Below, piece after piece: positions 47,467 through 55,925 of a DNA stretch of 64,000 nucleotides. Numbering within the stretch: the stretch's first letter is position 1; the number at the start of each line of letters is the position of its first letter. The translations under genes were made by a program, and so were the position numbers. The notes beneath the pieces were generated by a model. It did not search any database and had not been told where the DNA came from. It saw nothing but the letters and a program-made list of their open reading frames with translations. Source of the DNA: Chromatiaceae bacterium. GTDB taxonomy: Bacteria > Pseudomonadota > Gammaproteobacteria > Chromatiales > Chromatiaceae. Where the stretch lies: NCBI GenBank assembly GCA_007693535.1, contig REDK01000159.1, positions 12,047 through 76,046 of the forward strand. Reading direction: 5' to 3'.

Positions 47467-50400
47467 ATGGAACCGCCGGAGTGCGTCTGGGACGCCGAAC
47501 AGGGGCTGGTCGTTTTGTACCGTCATGCCGCGGATCGCGCGCCCCAGGCCGACCTCAGTCTGGTGGTCGCGCCAGATGCCGCACCTGCCTGGTACGCCGG
47601 CGACTTTCCGGCCGACTGGCCGCTGTGGGCCATCAAGGCACCCGGCAGCGGGTCTTTCCGGCTGCTCGGCTATCCGCGCGGGGCCCTGCCCCCGACCGGC
47701 CCGGCCAGGCGCGCGGCGGCCGCCGCGTCGCCTCATCCGTCTATCGACCCGTCTATCGATCCGGCCGCCGACCCGTCCCCTGGCCTGGCGGACGGTAGCC
47801 TATTCAGTATCCGCTTCAGCGCCGCCCTGCGGCTCGACCTCCGGCGACCCGCTAGCCCCGGACATCCGATCCGCGCCTGGCTATTCCATCCGCCTGCCAG
47901 CGGCGGCCAGGCGCCGGCGGTACAACCGCTGTCGGTGCCCAACGACTGCAGCCTGGTCGCGGCCCTCGAGACCTGGGGCTGGCGGCCCGGCGGCCCAGTC
48001 GGGCTTGCGGCCATGTGTCAGACCGGGGGCCAGACCGGAGGCCAGACCGGGCACCAACCAGGGCGCCGCCTCGGTAACGCGCGCGGCCCGCTCATGACGC
48101 CGCTCCAAGGGGCGGCCATCGACTGCATCTTTACGCTGGTGCCGGACGCGGAACCGCCCGAACTGACGCTACCCGGCTTCCAGCACCTGCAGGCACCGGC
48201 GCTCGCGCTGGACCTGACCGCCTTCGGGGCGGCGGCCGATAACGTTCGCACCGCCTTCTGGTGCTTTCATCATCCGCACGGACCTGGACGCGACATTCGC
48301 CACTGGTCGGGGCACGAACTACCGCTGGTCGATGATGCGGAGGGCCGCCGGTTGCTGGTCTGCCGTTTCGACGACGCTTGCCACCTGGATCGATTCGGCG
48401 TCTATTTTGCCAGCGGCGCGCGGCTGCATCCGCGCGACGATGCCGAGCCCGACCGGGCGCCCACGCTGGCCCTGCAGGGCCCGGCCGCTGCTGGCGGTGC
48501 CGAATGCCTGGTGGCGCTCTTCCGTGGTGACACCTGCCATCTGCTGCCCTCACAGGCCCCCCGCTATGCGGCCGTGGGGCGGGAATACTGCAGCGACGCC
48601 GACCCGGGCGGATTCGACCTGCCGCGCGCTGCCGCCTGGCTCGCAGCCGACCCGCGCCTGGGCGCCGCCCCGGACGTCGACTGGCATGGGGCGGGCGCGG
48701 CCTCGGCCTTCACCCTGCTGGCCTATGCCGATGTCCTGACGCGCCTGCTCGCGGTGCCCATGTCCGCTGCTGCGCGCGCTGCCCACCGCCAGGTCCAGGC
48801 GCAGGGACTGCTGGCCTTTGCCGGGTTCACGCGCCGGCCCGACCTGGCCTTCGCATTGCTGGCCGAGCCGGCGCTGCGCGCGCGGCTCGCGGCCAGCGCG
48901 ACCCGCCCCGGCGCCCTGCTGGACCCGACCCTGACTGCCCCGGTGGCGGCGCTCGCCGCCGCCCTCGAACCGGACGCCGGCGATCTCGGTGCCTGGGTGG
49001 CGGCCGCATCGCCGTCCACGCAACAGGCACTGTGGCAGTTTCTGCTCGCGGGCGGGCAGGCGAGCCACTGGCAGGCACTGCACCTGCAGCCGGATGACCT
49101 ACCGGACGACCTCGCGGCCTTCGCCGACCGGTTGCGGCATGCCTTTGCCGAGCTGCCCGCCTGGATCGTCGCCACCCGCGCCGACCTGGGCCAGCCGCCA
49201 CTGCCGGACCTGCCACTGCAGCGGCTGGCCGATGCCGAGGCGCGCGCGGCCGGCCGCACCGCCGCCGCGGCCGCAGTCCGCGCGGAGTTCGACGGCATCG
49301 CTGCGCTGCTGCCCCGCGCGCGCGCCCGCGGCGGCGACGCGCTGATACAGGCCTTCGGCGCAGCGCTCGACGGCGGCCGGGTCGCCGCTACCGAGGTGCT
49401 GCGACGGCGGCTGCTAGCGGCACTCGCCGGCGGCGACCCTAGACGCCTGACACTGGCGATGCTGGTCGCCGAATTACGCACCCGCGCGGTGCTTTGGGGG
49501 CTGAGCGAATGGCTGGCGGTGCGGCCCATGGCCGCGCCAGAGGACCCCGTGGCAGCCGGACCGGCAACCAGTTCGGCATCGGCACTACCGGTGCCGACAA
49601 TCGATCCGGCACCGGCGCCGTTGATGAATCCGACCCCGGCGCCAACGCCTGAGCCGGCACCTGAGCTGACGCCTGAGCCGACACTGGCGCCGGCACCGGC
49701 ACCTGACGCCGCACCGGCAGCCCCGGCAGCGGCACCGCGCCCCCAGTTCGCGGCCAGGCCGCACGGCCAATCGGCACGACGGATTGCGCTGGTTGAACTC
49801 GCACCCGCACCAGCGCCCACCCCAGGGCCGGCGGCAGCGCCAGCGCCCGGACCAGGCCCCGCGGTTAGCCCTCAATCCGAACCGGTGTCCAACCTGGTAT
49901 CCGCAGCGATCACCGCGGATCAACCAACACCGACACCGGCAACCACACCAACCCCATTGGACCCAGCCGCGGTGCTGCGCTGGTGCGACCGGGTACTCGC
50001 TCGCGCCGCGCCCGACTGGCCGCCGCCCGGCGGAGCAACCGCACCGCTCGACGCCGCGGTGCGCACTGCACAACTGGCCGAACTCTATGAGGTCTGGGGC
50101 CTCGATGATCCGCAACCGGTCGCGCTGCCCGCCTGGACCGGAGCGCGCGCTGCAGCCCATGCGCGGCACGCTGCGGCCATCGCCGCCACCGGCTGGCAGA
50201 TGCGCGAGGCACTGCTCGCGGCCGGCGCGACGGGCCTGCTCGGATTGGTGGACCGGCTGGTCGCCGCCCGCGAGCAACTGGCCGCCGACGCCGTCCACGC
50301 CGGGCTGCGCGCCGAAATCGACGCGGCGCGAGCAGCGGCCCGCCGGCCGGCAGGATGCCAGCCCCACGAGAGCGCAGCGGCACTGGCCGATCTGGCGCGG

Positions 50401-50502
50401 CAACTCGGCACCAGCGGCCCCGAACGCTGGGAGACCATCGCCGCCGCTGCTGACGCCCTCGACCATCCCGACCCGATCACCGACGAGGACGAGCATCGAT
50501 GA
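47467..50502 (+). CDS. Hypothetical 1011-aa protein (Ala/Pro-rich, with internal tetrapeptide repeats and PAP-type linkers)
   Basis: Long uninterrupted ORF. ATG 47467 with a strong SD is preferred to the track's GTG 47455. Contains PSIDPSIDP and QTGGQTGGQTG repeats and a Pro/Ala/Thr-rich linker of about 120 aa (about nt 49570-49960). The stop overlaps the next start (ATGA at 50499). Confidence 0.75.
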   Translation: MEPPECVWDAEQGLVVLYRHAADRAPQADLSLVVAPDAAPAWYAGDFPADWPLWAIKAPGSGSFRLLGYPRGALPPTGPARRAAAAASPHPSIDPSIDPAADPSPGLADGSLFSIRFSAALRLDLRRPASPGHPIRAWLFHPPASGGQAPAVQPLSVPNDCSLVAALETWGWRPGGPVGLAAMCQTGGQTGGQTGHQPGRRLGNARGPLMTPLQGAAIDCIFTLVPDAEPPELTLPGFQHLQAPALALDLTAFGAAADNVRTAFWCFHHPHGPGRDIRHWSGHELPLVDDAEGRRLLVCRFDDACHLDRFGVYFASGARLHPRDDAEPDRAPTLALQGPAAAGGAECLVALFRGDTCHLLPSQAPRYAAVGREYCSDADPGGFDLPRAAAWLAADPRLGAAPDVDWHGAGAASAFTLLAYADVLTRLLAVPMSAAARAAHRQVQAQGLLAFAGFTRRPDLAFALLAEPALRARLAASATRPGALLDPTLTAPVAALAAALEPDAGDLGAWVAAASPSTQQALWQFLLAGGQASHWQALHLQPDDLPDDLAAFADRLRHAFAELPAWIVATRADLGQPPLPDLPLQRLADAEARAAGRTAAAAAVRAEFDGIAALLPRARARGGDALIQAFGAALDGGRVAATEVLRRRLLAALAGGDPRRLTLAMLVAELRTRAVLWGLSEWLAVRPMAAPEDPVAAGPATSSASALPVPTIDPAPAPLMNPTPAPTPEPAPELTPEPTLAPAPAPDAAPAAPAAAPRPQFAARPHGQSARRIALVELAPAPAPTPGPAAAPAPGPGPAVSPQSEPVSNLVSAAITADQPTPTPATTPTPLDPAAVLRWCDRVLARAAPDWPPPGGATAPLDAAVRTAQLAELYEVWGLDDPQPVALPAWTGARAAAHARHAAAIAATGWQMREALLAAGATGLLGLVDRLVAAREQLAADAVHAGLRAEIDAARAAARRPAGCQPHESAAALADLARQLGTSGPERWETIAAAADALDHPDPITDEDEHR

Positions 50503-52979
50503 CCCCCTCCGGCTTCTGGCGCACACTCTGGGAGAAGCTGCTGCGCTCGCCGTATCTGCTACTCCTGTTCGTCGCCAGCGTGCTGCTGTCGATCGCCTCG
50601 TTCTGGACCACCTACATCGGCATCACCCCGTTCGTCGGGGTAGCGGTGTTCGCGTTCTTCATCACCGCTGCGATCCAGTCGCTGCTGTTCGTCGTCTCCT
50701 GGCGGCTCGGCTTCATGTTCGCCGGCAAAGAGGGCGTGGCCAAGGTGGACCTGCTGGTCTTCCTGGTCACCTTCACGCTGTCGGTGTTCTTTTCGTTCAA
50801 CGCCCTGTTCAACGTCATCTTCGCCGAGGAACTGCGGACCGAGGCCAGCCTGACACGCGTGCGCGACGGTGCCCTGGGTGCGGTCAACCAGGCCGAGGCC
50901 AAACTGGTGCGCCAGGCTGCGGACCAGGCCGCGGCCCTGCGCGAGAGCCCCGACTACGCGCGTTGGCGTGCCGATGTGCTGGACGTCGCCGACTTGGCCC
51001 AGCGCGCCGGGCCGGCGATGCGCGATCTGCTCGACACGCAGCGCGAGCAACAGCGCAGCGAAGCCACGCGACTGACGCGAGAGGCGCGCGAACTGGCCGC
51101 GCGCAAGGGCACCATCGAGGATGAGATCGAGCAGCGGCGCGTGCGGCTCGATCGGCTGCGCGAGCAGCGGGAGCCGGAACGCACGGCCCTGGACGCCCTC
51201 ACCGGCGAGGAGCGGACCCTGGAGACCGAGGTGGTGCAACGCCTGGCTGCCCGCGACGCCGAGGAGGGCGGCATCGGTGAAACCGGCCGGGCCGGGCGCG
51301 GGCCGGTATGGGCCGCGCTGGATACCGAATACCGCCGCGCCGAGGCCGACCTGCTGGCGCTGCGCCAGCAGGCCGAGATCCGCCGTCAGCGCCTGGCCGA
51401 GTTGGACGCCGAGATCCGCGACGCAGGCGAGCAACTACGGCGCGATGAGGCCCTGTTCGCTGACCTCGACGGCGAGATCGCGGCGGCCGAGCGGCGCGCC
51501 ACCGAGGCCCGCGCGCGGCTGACGACGCTGGGAGAGGAGGTCGGCATGGAGGCCGGTGTGCAGCAGTTGCGCGACTTTCCGACCCGCTTCGAGGAGACCG
51601 GCGACCCCGGCCACCTGGCCCAGGCCGAACAGCTTTGTACCCAACTGCACGATAACCTGCGCACCGTCCCCGCAGTGGCCGGCGAACTCGACGGACTATC
51701 CTGCGATCGTGGCCCGATCGCCCCGCTAGTCCAGGCGCTGACCGAGACTCGCGCCCTGCGCGCCGCGCTGCAACGGCAATGCACCAGCCCCGACGCGCCG
51801 AGCTTCTACGAGATGGCCCCCGAACAGGCGCTGGCCGCCGCGCGCGCCTGTCTGGACCTGTCGCGACTGCCGTTCGCGCAACTGCGCGGCGAGCGCGGCG
51901 AACTCGATCGGCTACAGCGCGAAGAAGGCCCGCACGCCTCGGAGTTCACCCGCACCACCAATGCACTCTTTGCGGGCGAGAAACTGGCAGTGTTCTCGCT
52001 GGTGCTGGCCCTGTCGATGGACCTTCTGGTGCTGTTCACCGGCCTGATCGGTGCCAAGAGTGCGCGGACGACCTTCGCGATTCGGGTGCTCGAACCGCGT
52101 CATGACGACGACCCGCGGGTGTTCGCGATCAAGGCCCTGCTGCGCCATCTGGCGCCGTTCACGGCGCGCATCGACGGTGTGTTGTATCAGGGCCAGATCG
52201 ATCTCGACCGGATTCATAACCCGCGCGAGCGTGACCTGATCGGGCAACTGCTCAAACGCAACAGCGCCTCGGGCATGACGCGCCCGGTCGCCGACGACGA
52301 GTCGGCCTTCCTGCTCCGCTACGGCGCACTCGAGCAGCTCGAGGAGCAACTCGACCGCCACACCAGGGGACGTGCCGCGGCGCCCGTCGCGCCGCCTCCC
52401 CCCGGCCCGACGCCAGGTCGGCACGTGCCGCAGGTTGAGCCACCGCGCCCGGTTGGTCTCGGCGGCCGCCTCGGCAACGCCGTGCCGCCACCGCCGCGTC
52501 GGCATCGCGACCAGCCCGCTGCCAACGCCGAGCAGGGCACCGTCGCATCGGCCACTGCTGGGTGGGGCGGCGCCACTGCGGGCACCAACTCCAGGGGCAC
52601 GGATGCCGACTTCGCAGACAGCGTTGGCGGAGCCGCCGACTGGAACCTGGCCGACCGCGAAATGCCATGGGCGGTCGGGGCCGCCGCCGTGCCCGATGCC
52701 TGGCAGGATTGGACCGACCCACCCGCCAAGCCCGCGCCGACCAGACCGGACCCTGCCGCTGACGCGGACGCACTCGGCGGTGCCCGGTGGGGTTCCGGGG
52801 TCAACCCGGCCGATCCCGGGCCCGCGGACCCCGAGTGGGCGGCCAGTCACCACGGGACAAGCGGCCACCCCGTTGCGGACGACGATCGGGCCCGCGAAGC
52901 GGCCGCAGCCGACCGCGACGACATCTACGACCTGTTCTATCACGCCGAGCCCGGCCGCAAGCCGCCGGGGTCGGACTGA
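50499..52979 (+). CDS. Membrane protein: 3 N-terminal TM helices, roughly 370-aa coiled-coil, fourth TM, small globular region, disordered Pro/Ala/Gly-rich C-terminus
   Basis: TM helices: LLLLFVASVLLSIASFWTTYIGI, FVGVAVFAFFITAAIQSLLFVVSW, VDLLVFLVTFTLSVFFSFNALFNVIF. This is followed by heptad-like charged sequence (…REARELAARKGTIEDEIEQRRVRLDRLREQRE…RQQAEIRRQRLAELDAEIRDAGEQLRRDEALFADLDGEIAAAERR…). The fourth TM is LAVFSLVLALSMDLLVLFTGLIG (about nt 51984-52052). Confidence 0.8.
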   Translation: MTPSGFWRTLWEKLLRSPYLLLLFVASVLLSIASFWTTYIGITPFVGVAVFAFFITAAIQSLLFVVSWRLGFMFAGKEGVAKVDLLVFLVTFTLSVFFSFNALFNVIFAEELRTEASLTRVRDGALGAVNQAEAKLVRQAADQAAALRESPDYARWRADVLDVADLAQRAGPAMRDLLDTQREQQRSEATRLTREARELAARKGTIEDEIEQRRVRLDRLREQREPERTALDALTGEERTLETEVVQRLAARDAEEGGIGETGRAGRGPVWAALDTEYRRAEADLLALRQQAEIRRQRLAELDAEIRDAGEQLRRDEALFADLDGEIAAAERRATEARARLTTLGEEVGMEAGVQQLRDFPTRFEETGDPGHLAQAEQLCTQLHDNLRTVPAVAGELDGLSCDRGPIAPLVQALTETRALRAALQRQCTSPDAPSFYEMAPEQALAAARACLDLSRLPFAQLRGERGELDRLQREEGPHASEFTRTTNALFAGEKLAVFSLVLALSMDLLVLFTGLIGAKSARTTFAIRVLEPRHDDDPRVFAIKALLRHLAPFTARIDGVLYQGQIDLDRIHNPRERDLIGQLLKRNSASGMTRPVADDESAFLLRYGALEQLEEQLDRHTRGRAAAPVAPPPPGPTPGRHVPQVEPPRPVGLGGRLGNAVPPPPRRHRDQPAANAEQGTVASATAGWGGATAGTNSRGTDADFADSVGGAADWNLADREMPWAVGAAAVPDAWQDWTDPPAKPAPTRPDPAADADALGGARWGSGVNPADPGPADPEWAASHHGTSGHPVADDDRAREAAAADRDDIYDLFYHAEPGRKPPGSD

Positions 52980-52995
52980 CCCCGGCGCTGACGGG

Positions 52996-55839
52996 ATGGA
53001 CCGCTCCCGTTGGTGGCCGCGGACCCTGATCGGGCTCGGCCTGCTGCTCGGCGCGGCGCTGGCCCCGGCGGCACCACCGTTGACAGTGCTGATCGATACC
53101 TCGGGGTCGATGGCCGACCACGACCCGCGCCGCCATGCGCTGCATCTGCCCAAGGTACTGGCCCGCGCGCTGCCGGCCCTGGCCACCGAGCTGGTCGTGG
53201 TCACTGCCGACGGCACTGCCTGCACGGCCGATGCCGCCGCGATACTGCGCCGCGACCCAGCCGCGCTAGCCGCCTTCGACACGGCCCTGGAGGCGGTCGG
53301 CTATGCCGACGAGAACCGCTTCGCGGCCCCGCTCGCCTGGCTGCGCGCGACCCTGACCCCGGCGGGACAGGCCGCGCTACCGGGCCGCGAGGTCCTGCTC
53401 ATCGCCGACGCCGCCGGGCAGCGGCGCGCCGACCGCCGGGCCGCGGTGGATTTCGAGATCGCCCGGCGCGTCACCGCCGCCGGTGGCCGCCACAGCGACG
53501 TGGATGTGCGCGTCTCGCTGCTCTGGAACACCCGCGATGACCTGGATCTGTTCGTCACCGCACCATCGGGGGAGGTGATCTACTTCGGCAACGCAGGCTC
53601 GGCCTGCGGCGGCCGGCTGGACGTGGATCGCAACTACCGCCACACCACCCGCGAGCCGGTCGAAAACGTGCGCTGGCCACGTGGTCGGGCCCCGGCGGGG
53701 CAGTATCGGGTCCGGGTGCGTAATTACGCCTTCAAGGAACCCACCCGCGCACCGGTCCCGTTCACGGTCGAGATCGAGACCGGCGGCGAGGTCAGCACCC
53801 ACCGCGGGATAATCTCGCCGCGCGGTGAGACCGGTGCCGCCAGCGAGATCGCCGTCGCCGAGTTTCGCTTCGACCGCACCCCACCGCCGCCGCCGGCGGA
53901 CGCAACCGCGATCGACGCCGCGCTCGCCGCCAGCGACCGTGCCCTGCACCCGGCCGCGGCCGGCTGCGCCAACCCGCTCGGCGACCTGCGGGCGCTGCAC
54001 GCGGGCGGGGTGCGCTTGACCGCCATCACCCCCGGGGCCGCCACCAGCCCGTTTGCCGATGCGCGCGTGCTGGCTGCTACCCGGCCGCTGCGCAGCCAGG
54101 CCGATCTGGTCGCAACGGTCGCCGCGGTGGCGGCTCGCCACGGCCGACCCGGGCTCGCACACGATAGCGGCAGCGGGCGGGTCCGGCTCGAGGTGCCGCC
54201 CCATATCGGGCGCCTGTGGCTATTGATCAGCGCCGATACCGACCTGGCCGGGCTGCGCCCGGCGGCCGACAACCCGCCCGCCGCCGCGGTGCGGTTGGAA
54301 TCGACACCGGCACGCACCACCCACCTGGACGGCACTGGCGCCAGCGGGGTCAGGCTATTAGAACTGGAGCATCCGGCGCCTGGCACCTGGACCTTCACGA
54401 CCGGCCATGCCGGGGTAGCGGTCGGCTGGCTCAGCGAACACATCCCGGCGCTCGCGGTACGCATGGAACCTGCAGCGCCGCTCTATCGCGACCGACCCGG
54501 CACGGTCCGGTTCATGGTCATCGACCCGGCCCGTGGCGCACCGCCGGACGCTCCGGGTCCACTGGCCCTGAGCGCCGAACTCGACGGCGTCCCGCTCGCG
54601 CTGACCGCCGACGGCCCGGGGCGCTGGAGCGCCGAACTCACGCCAACCGCGACCAGCGCGGTAATCACCCGCCTCGACTACGCCGCCGGCCGCCGCGAGC
54701 AGCGCCTGCCGCTGCCAGTGACTGCCGCCGCCTGGCGCTTCGAGCCAACCCTGCCGGCCCGCCACCGGCGCGACAGGCCGCTGCTACTCGGCGGCCAGTT
54801 GCACCCGCTGCCCGATGCCCCGGCCGGCGCCGCCCCGCCCGCGGTGCTGATCGCCCGGCTCGACGACGGCACCCGCCTCGAGCTGCGCGACGACGGCACC
54901 GGGGATGGCCGCTACAGCGCGCACTGGACCCCCAACAGCAGTGGCCCGCGCACACTCGCATTCAGCGGCCAGGGCGGCGCCCCGATGGTCCCGGCAAGCG
55001 GTCGCATCGAGGTCATCGACTGGGCCGAACTGGCCGGCCCGGCGCGACTCGACTTCGGCCCAATCGCCAGCCGCGAGCAGCGCGGCGTCGCGCTCGATCT
55101 TGGCCCCTCGCGCATCCACGGCCCGCTGGAATTGATCATCAGGCTAACCGGCAGCGACGGCCGCCTGCCGCTCGCGCTGAGTACGGCCACCGCGAGCATC
55201 CCGCTCCTCCCCGACGTGCCAGTGCGCCTGCCGGTCGGCAGCGATGACCTGCACCGGGCGCTGGCGCACTGGGCGCTGACCCTCACCGCCCCGCGCTGTC
55301 CGCCGGCCAGTGCCAACCTCGGCGGACTGATCATCGAGACCGGCGCCGACGGCCCCGACCAGCGGCTCGTGATTGCCCTCGCCGCGCAGCCGCAACCGCG
55401 GCCCTGGTTCATCTGCCTGCTGCCGCTGCTGCTCGGCTTGCTGCTGCTTGCGCTGCTCTTGGCCATCGCCTGGGGCTTCATTTCCCCGGCGCGCTTCCCA
55501 CGCAATCTGGGCGTGGTGCTGTCACCCGAGGAGGACCTCGACGAGGGCTTCTTCCAACTGCTGCGCGCCCGCAGAGGCACCGGTGCCGGCTTCTACCGCG
55601 ACGCCCGCGCCTGCATCGGTGCCGATTTCCGCATCGGCGGCCGCCGCCAGGGCGCGGTCGCCTGCCTGATCGCAGGTCGCCCGCGCCCGCGCCTGCGCGT
55701 GCTGCCCGGCCAGGTGCTCGAACGCCGCGACCTGGCCGGCGATTGGCAACCGCTCGACTCCGGTGAGCAGCCGCTGCGCCTGGGCGAGACCTATCGCACC
55801 GCTAGCGGCAACCTATACCTGGAATTTCGGACGCTGTGA
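52996..55839 (+). CDS. Secreted/anchored protein: signal peptide, vWA-like domain, DUF2135 (YfaP)-like domain, long beta-rich region, C-terminal TM and 118-aa cytoplasmic tail
   Basis: ATG 52996 is in frame within track ORF 52372..55839, 17 nt after the upstream stop. Signal-like N-terminus is MDRSRWWPRTLIGLGLLLGAALAPAAP. MIDAS-like motif is VLIDTSGSM (vWA about nt 53077-53430). The DUF2135-like stretch is VRVSLLWNTRDDLDLFVTAPSGEVIYFGNAGSACGGRLDVDRNYRHTTREPVENVRWPRGRAPAGQYRVRVRNY (about nt 53497-53871). The TM helix is WFICLLPLLLGLLLLALLLAIAWGFI (55405-55482). Confidence 0.8.
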   Translation: MDRSRWWPRTLIGLGLLLGAALAPAAPPLTVLIDTSGSMADHDPRRHALHLPKVLARALPALATELVVVTADGTACTADAAAILRRDPAALAAFDTALEAVGYADENRFAAPLAWLRATLTPAGQAALPGREVLLIADAAGQRRADRRAAVDFEIARRVTAAGGRHSDVDVRVSLLWNTRDDLDLFVTAPSGEVIYFGNAGSACGGRLDVDRNYRHTTREPVENVRWPRGRAPAGQYRVRVRNYAFKEPTRAPVPFTVEIETGGEVSTHRGIISPRGETGAASEIAVAEFRFDRTPPPPPADATAIDAALAASDRALHPAAAGCANPLGDLRALHAGGVRLTAITPGAATSPFADARVLAATRPLRSQADLVATVAAVAARHGRPGLAHDSGSGRVRLEVPPHIGRLWLLISADTDLAGLRPAADNPPAAAVRLESTPARTTHLDGTGASGVRLLELEHPAPGTWTFTTGHAGVAVGWLSEHIPALAVRMEPAAPLYRDRPGTVRFMVIDPARGAPPDAPGPLALSAELDGVPLALTADGPGRWSAELTPTATSAVITRLDYAAGRREQRLPLPVTAAAWRFEPTLPARHRRDRPLLLGGQLHPLPDAPAGAAPPAVLIARLDDGTRLELRDDGTGDGRYSAHWTPNSSGPRTLAFSGQGGAPMVPASGRIEVIDWAELAGPARLDFGPIASREQRGVALDLGPSRIHGPLELIIRLTGSDGRLPLALSTATASIPLLPDVPVRLPVGSDDLHRALAHWALTLTAPRCPPASANLGGLIIETGADGPDQRLVIALAAQPQPRPWFICLLPLLLGLLLLALLLAIAWGFISPARFPRNLGVVLSPEEDLDEGFFQLLRARRGTGAGFYRDARACIGADFRIGGRRQGAVACLIAGRPRPRLRVLPGQVLERRDLAGDWQPLDSGEQPLRLGETYRTASGNLYLEFRTL

Positions 55840-55925
55840 GGCGCTGCGCTCAGGGCGACGCCGACCGATCGGGCCGGCGGGCCAAAGCACAGCGCACCGC
55901 CCTCGTCGCGACCACCGCTGCCGGC

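Noticed and set aside
48723-49820. 365-aa minus-strand ORF (also 49585..50526, 49784..51124, 50559..51434, 51912..53282, 53377..54204, 53724..54464, 54216..55247)
   Set aside because: They lie antisense to, or out of frame with, the much longer plus-strand ORFs of the five-gene cluster. The sequences are low-complexity and Arg/Ala/Ser-rich.
52372-55839. 1155-aa version of the vWA protein
   Set aside because: The first 208 codons overlap the 3' end of the 826-aa gene out of frame and are Pro/Arg-rich. ATG 52996 gives a canonical signal peptide 17 nt after the upstream stop.
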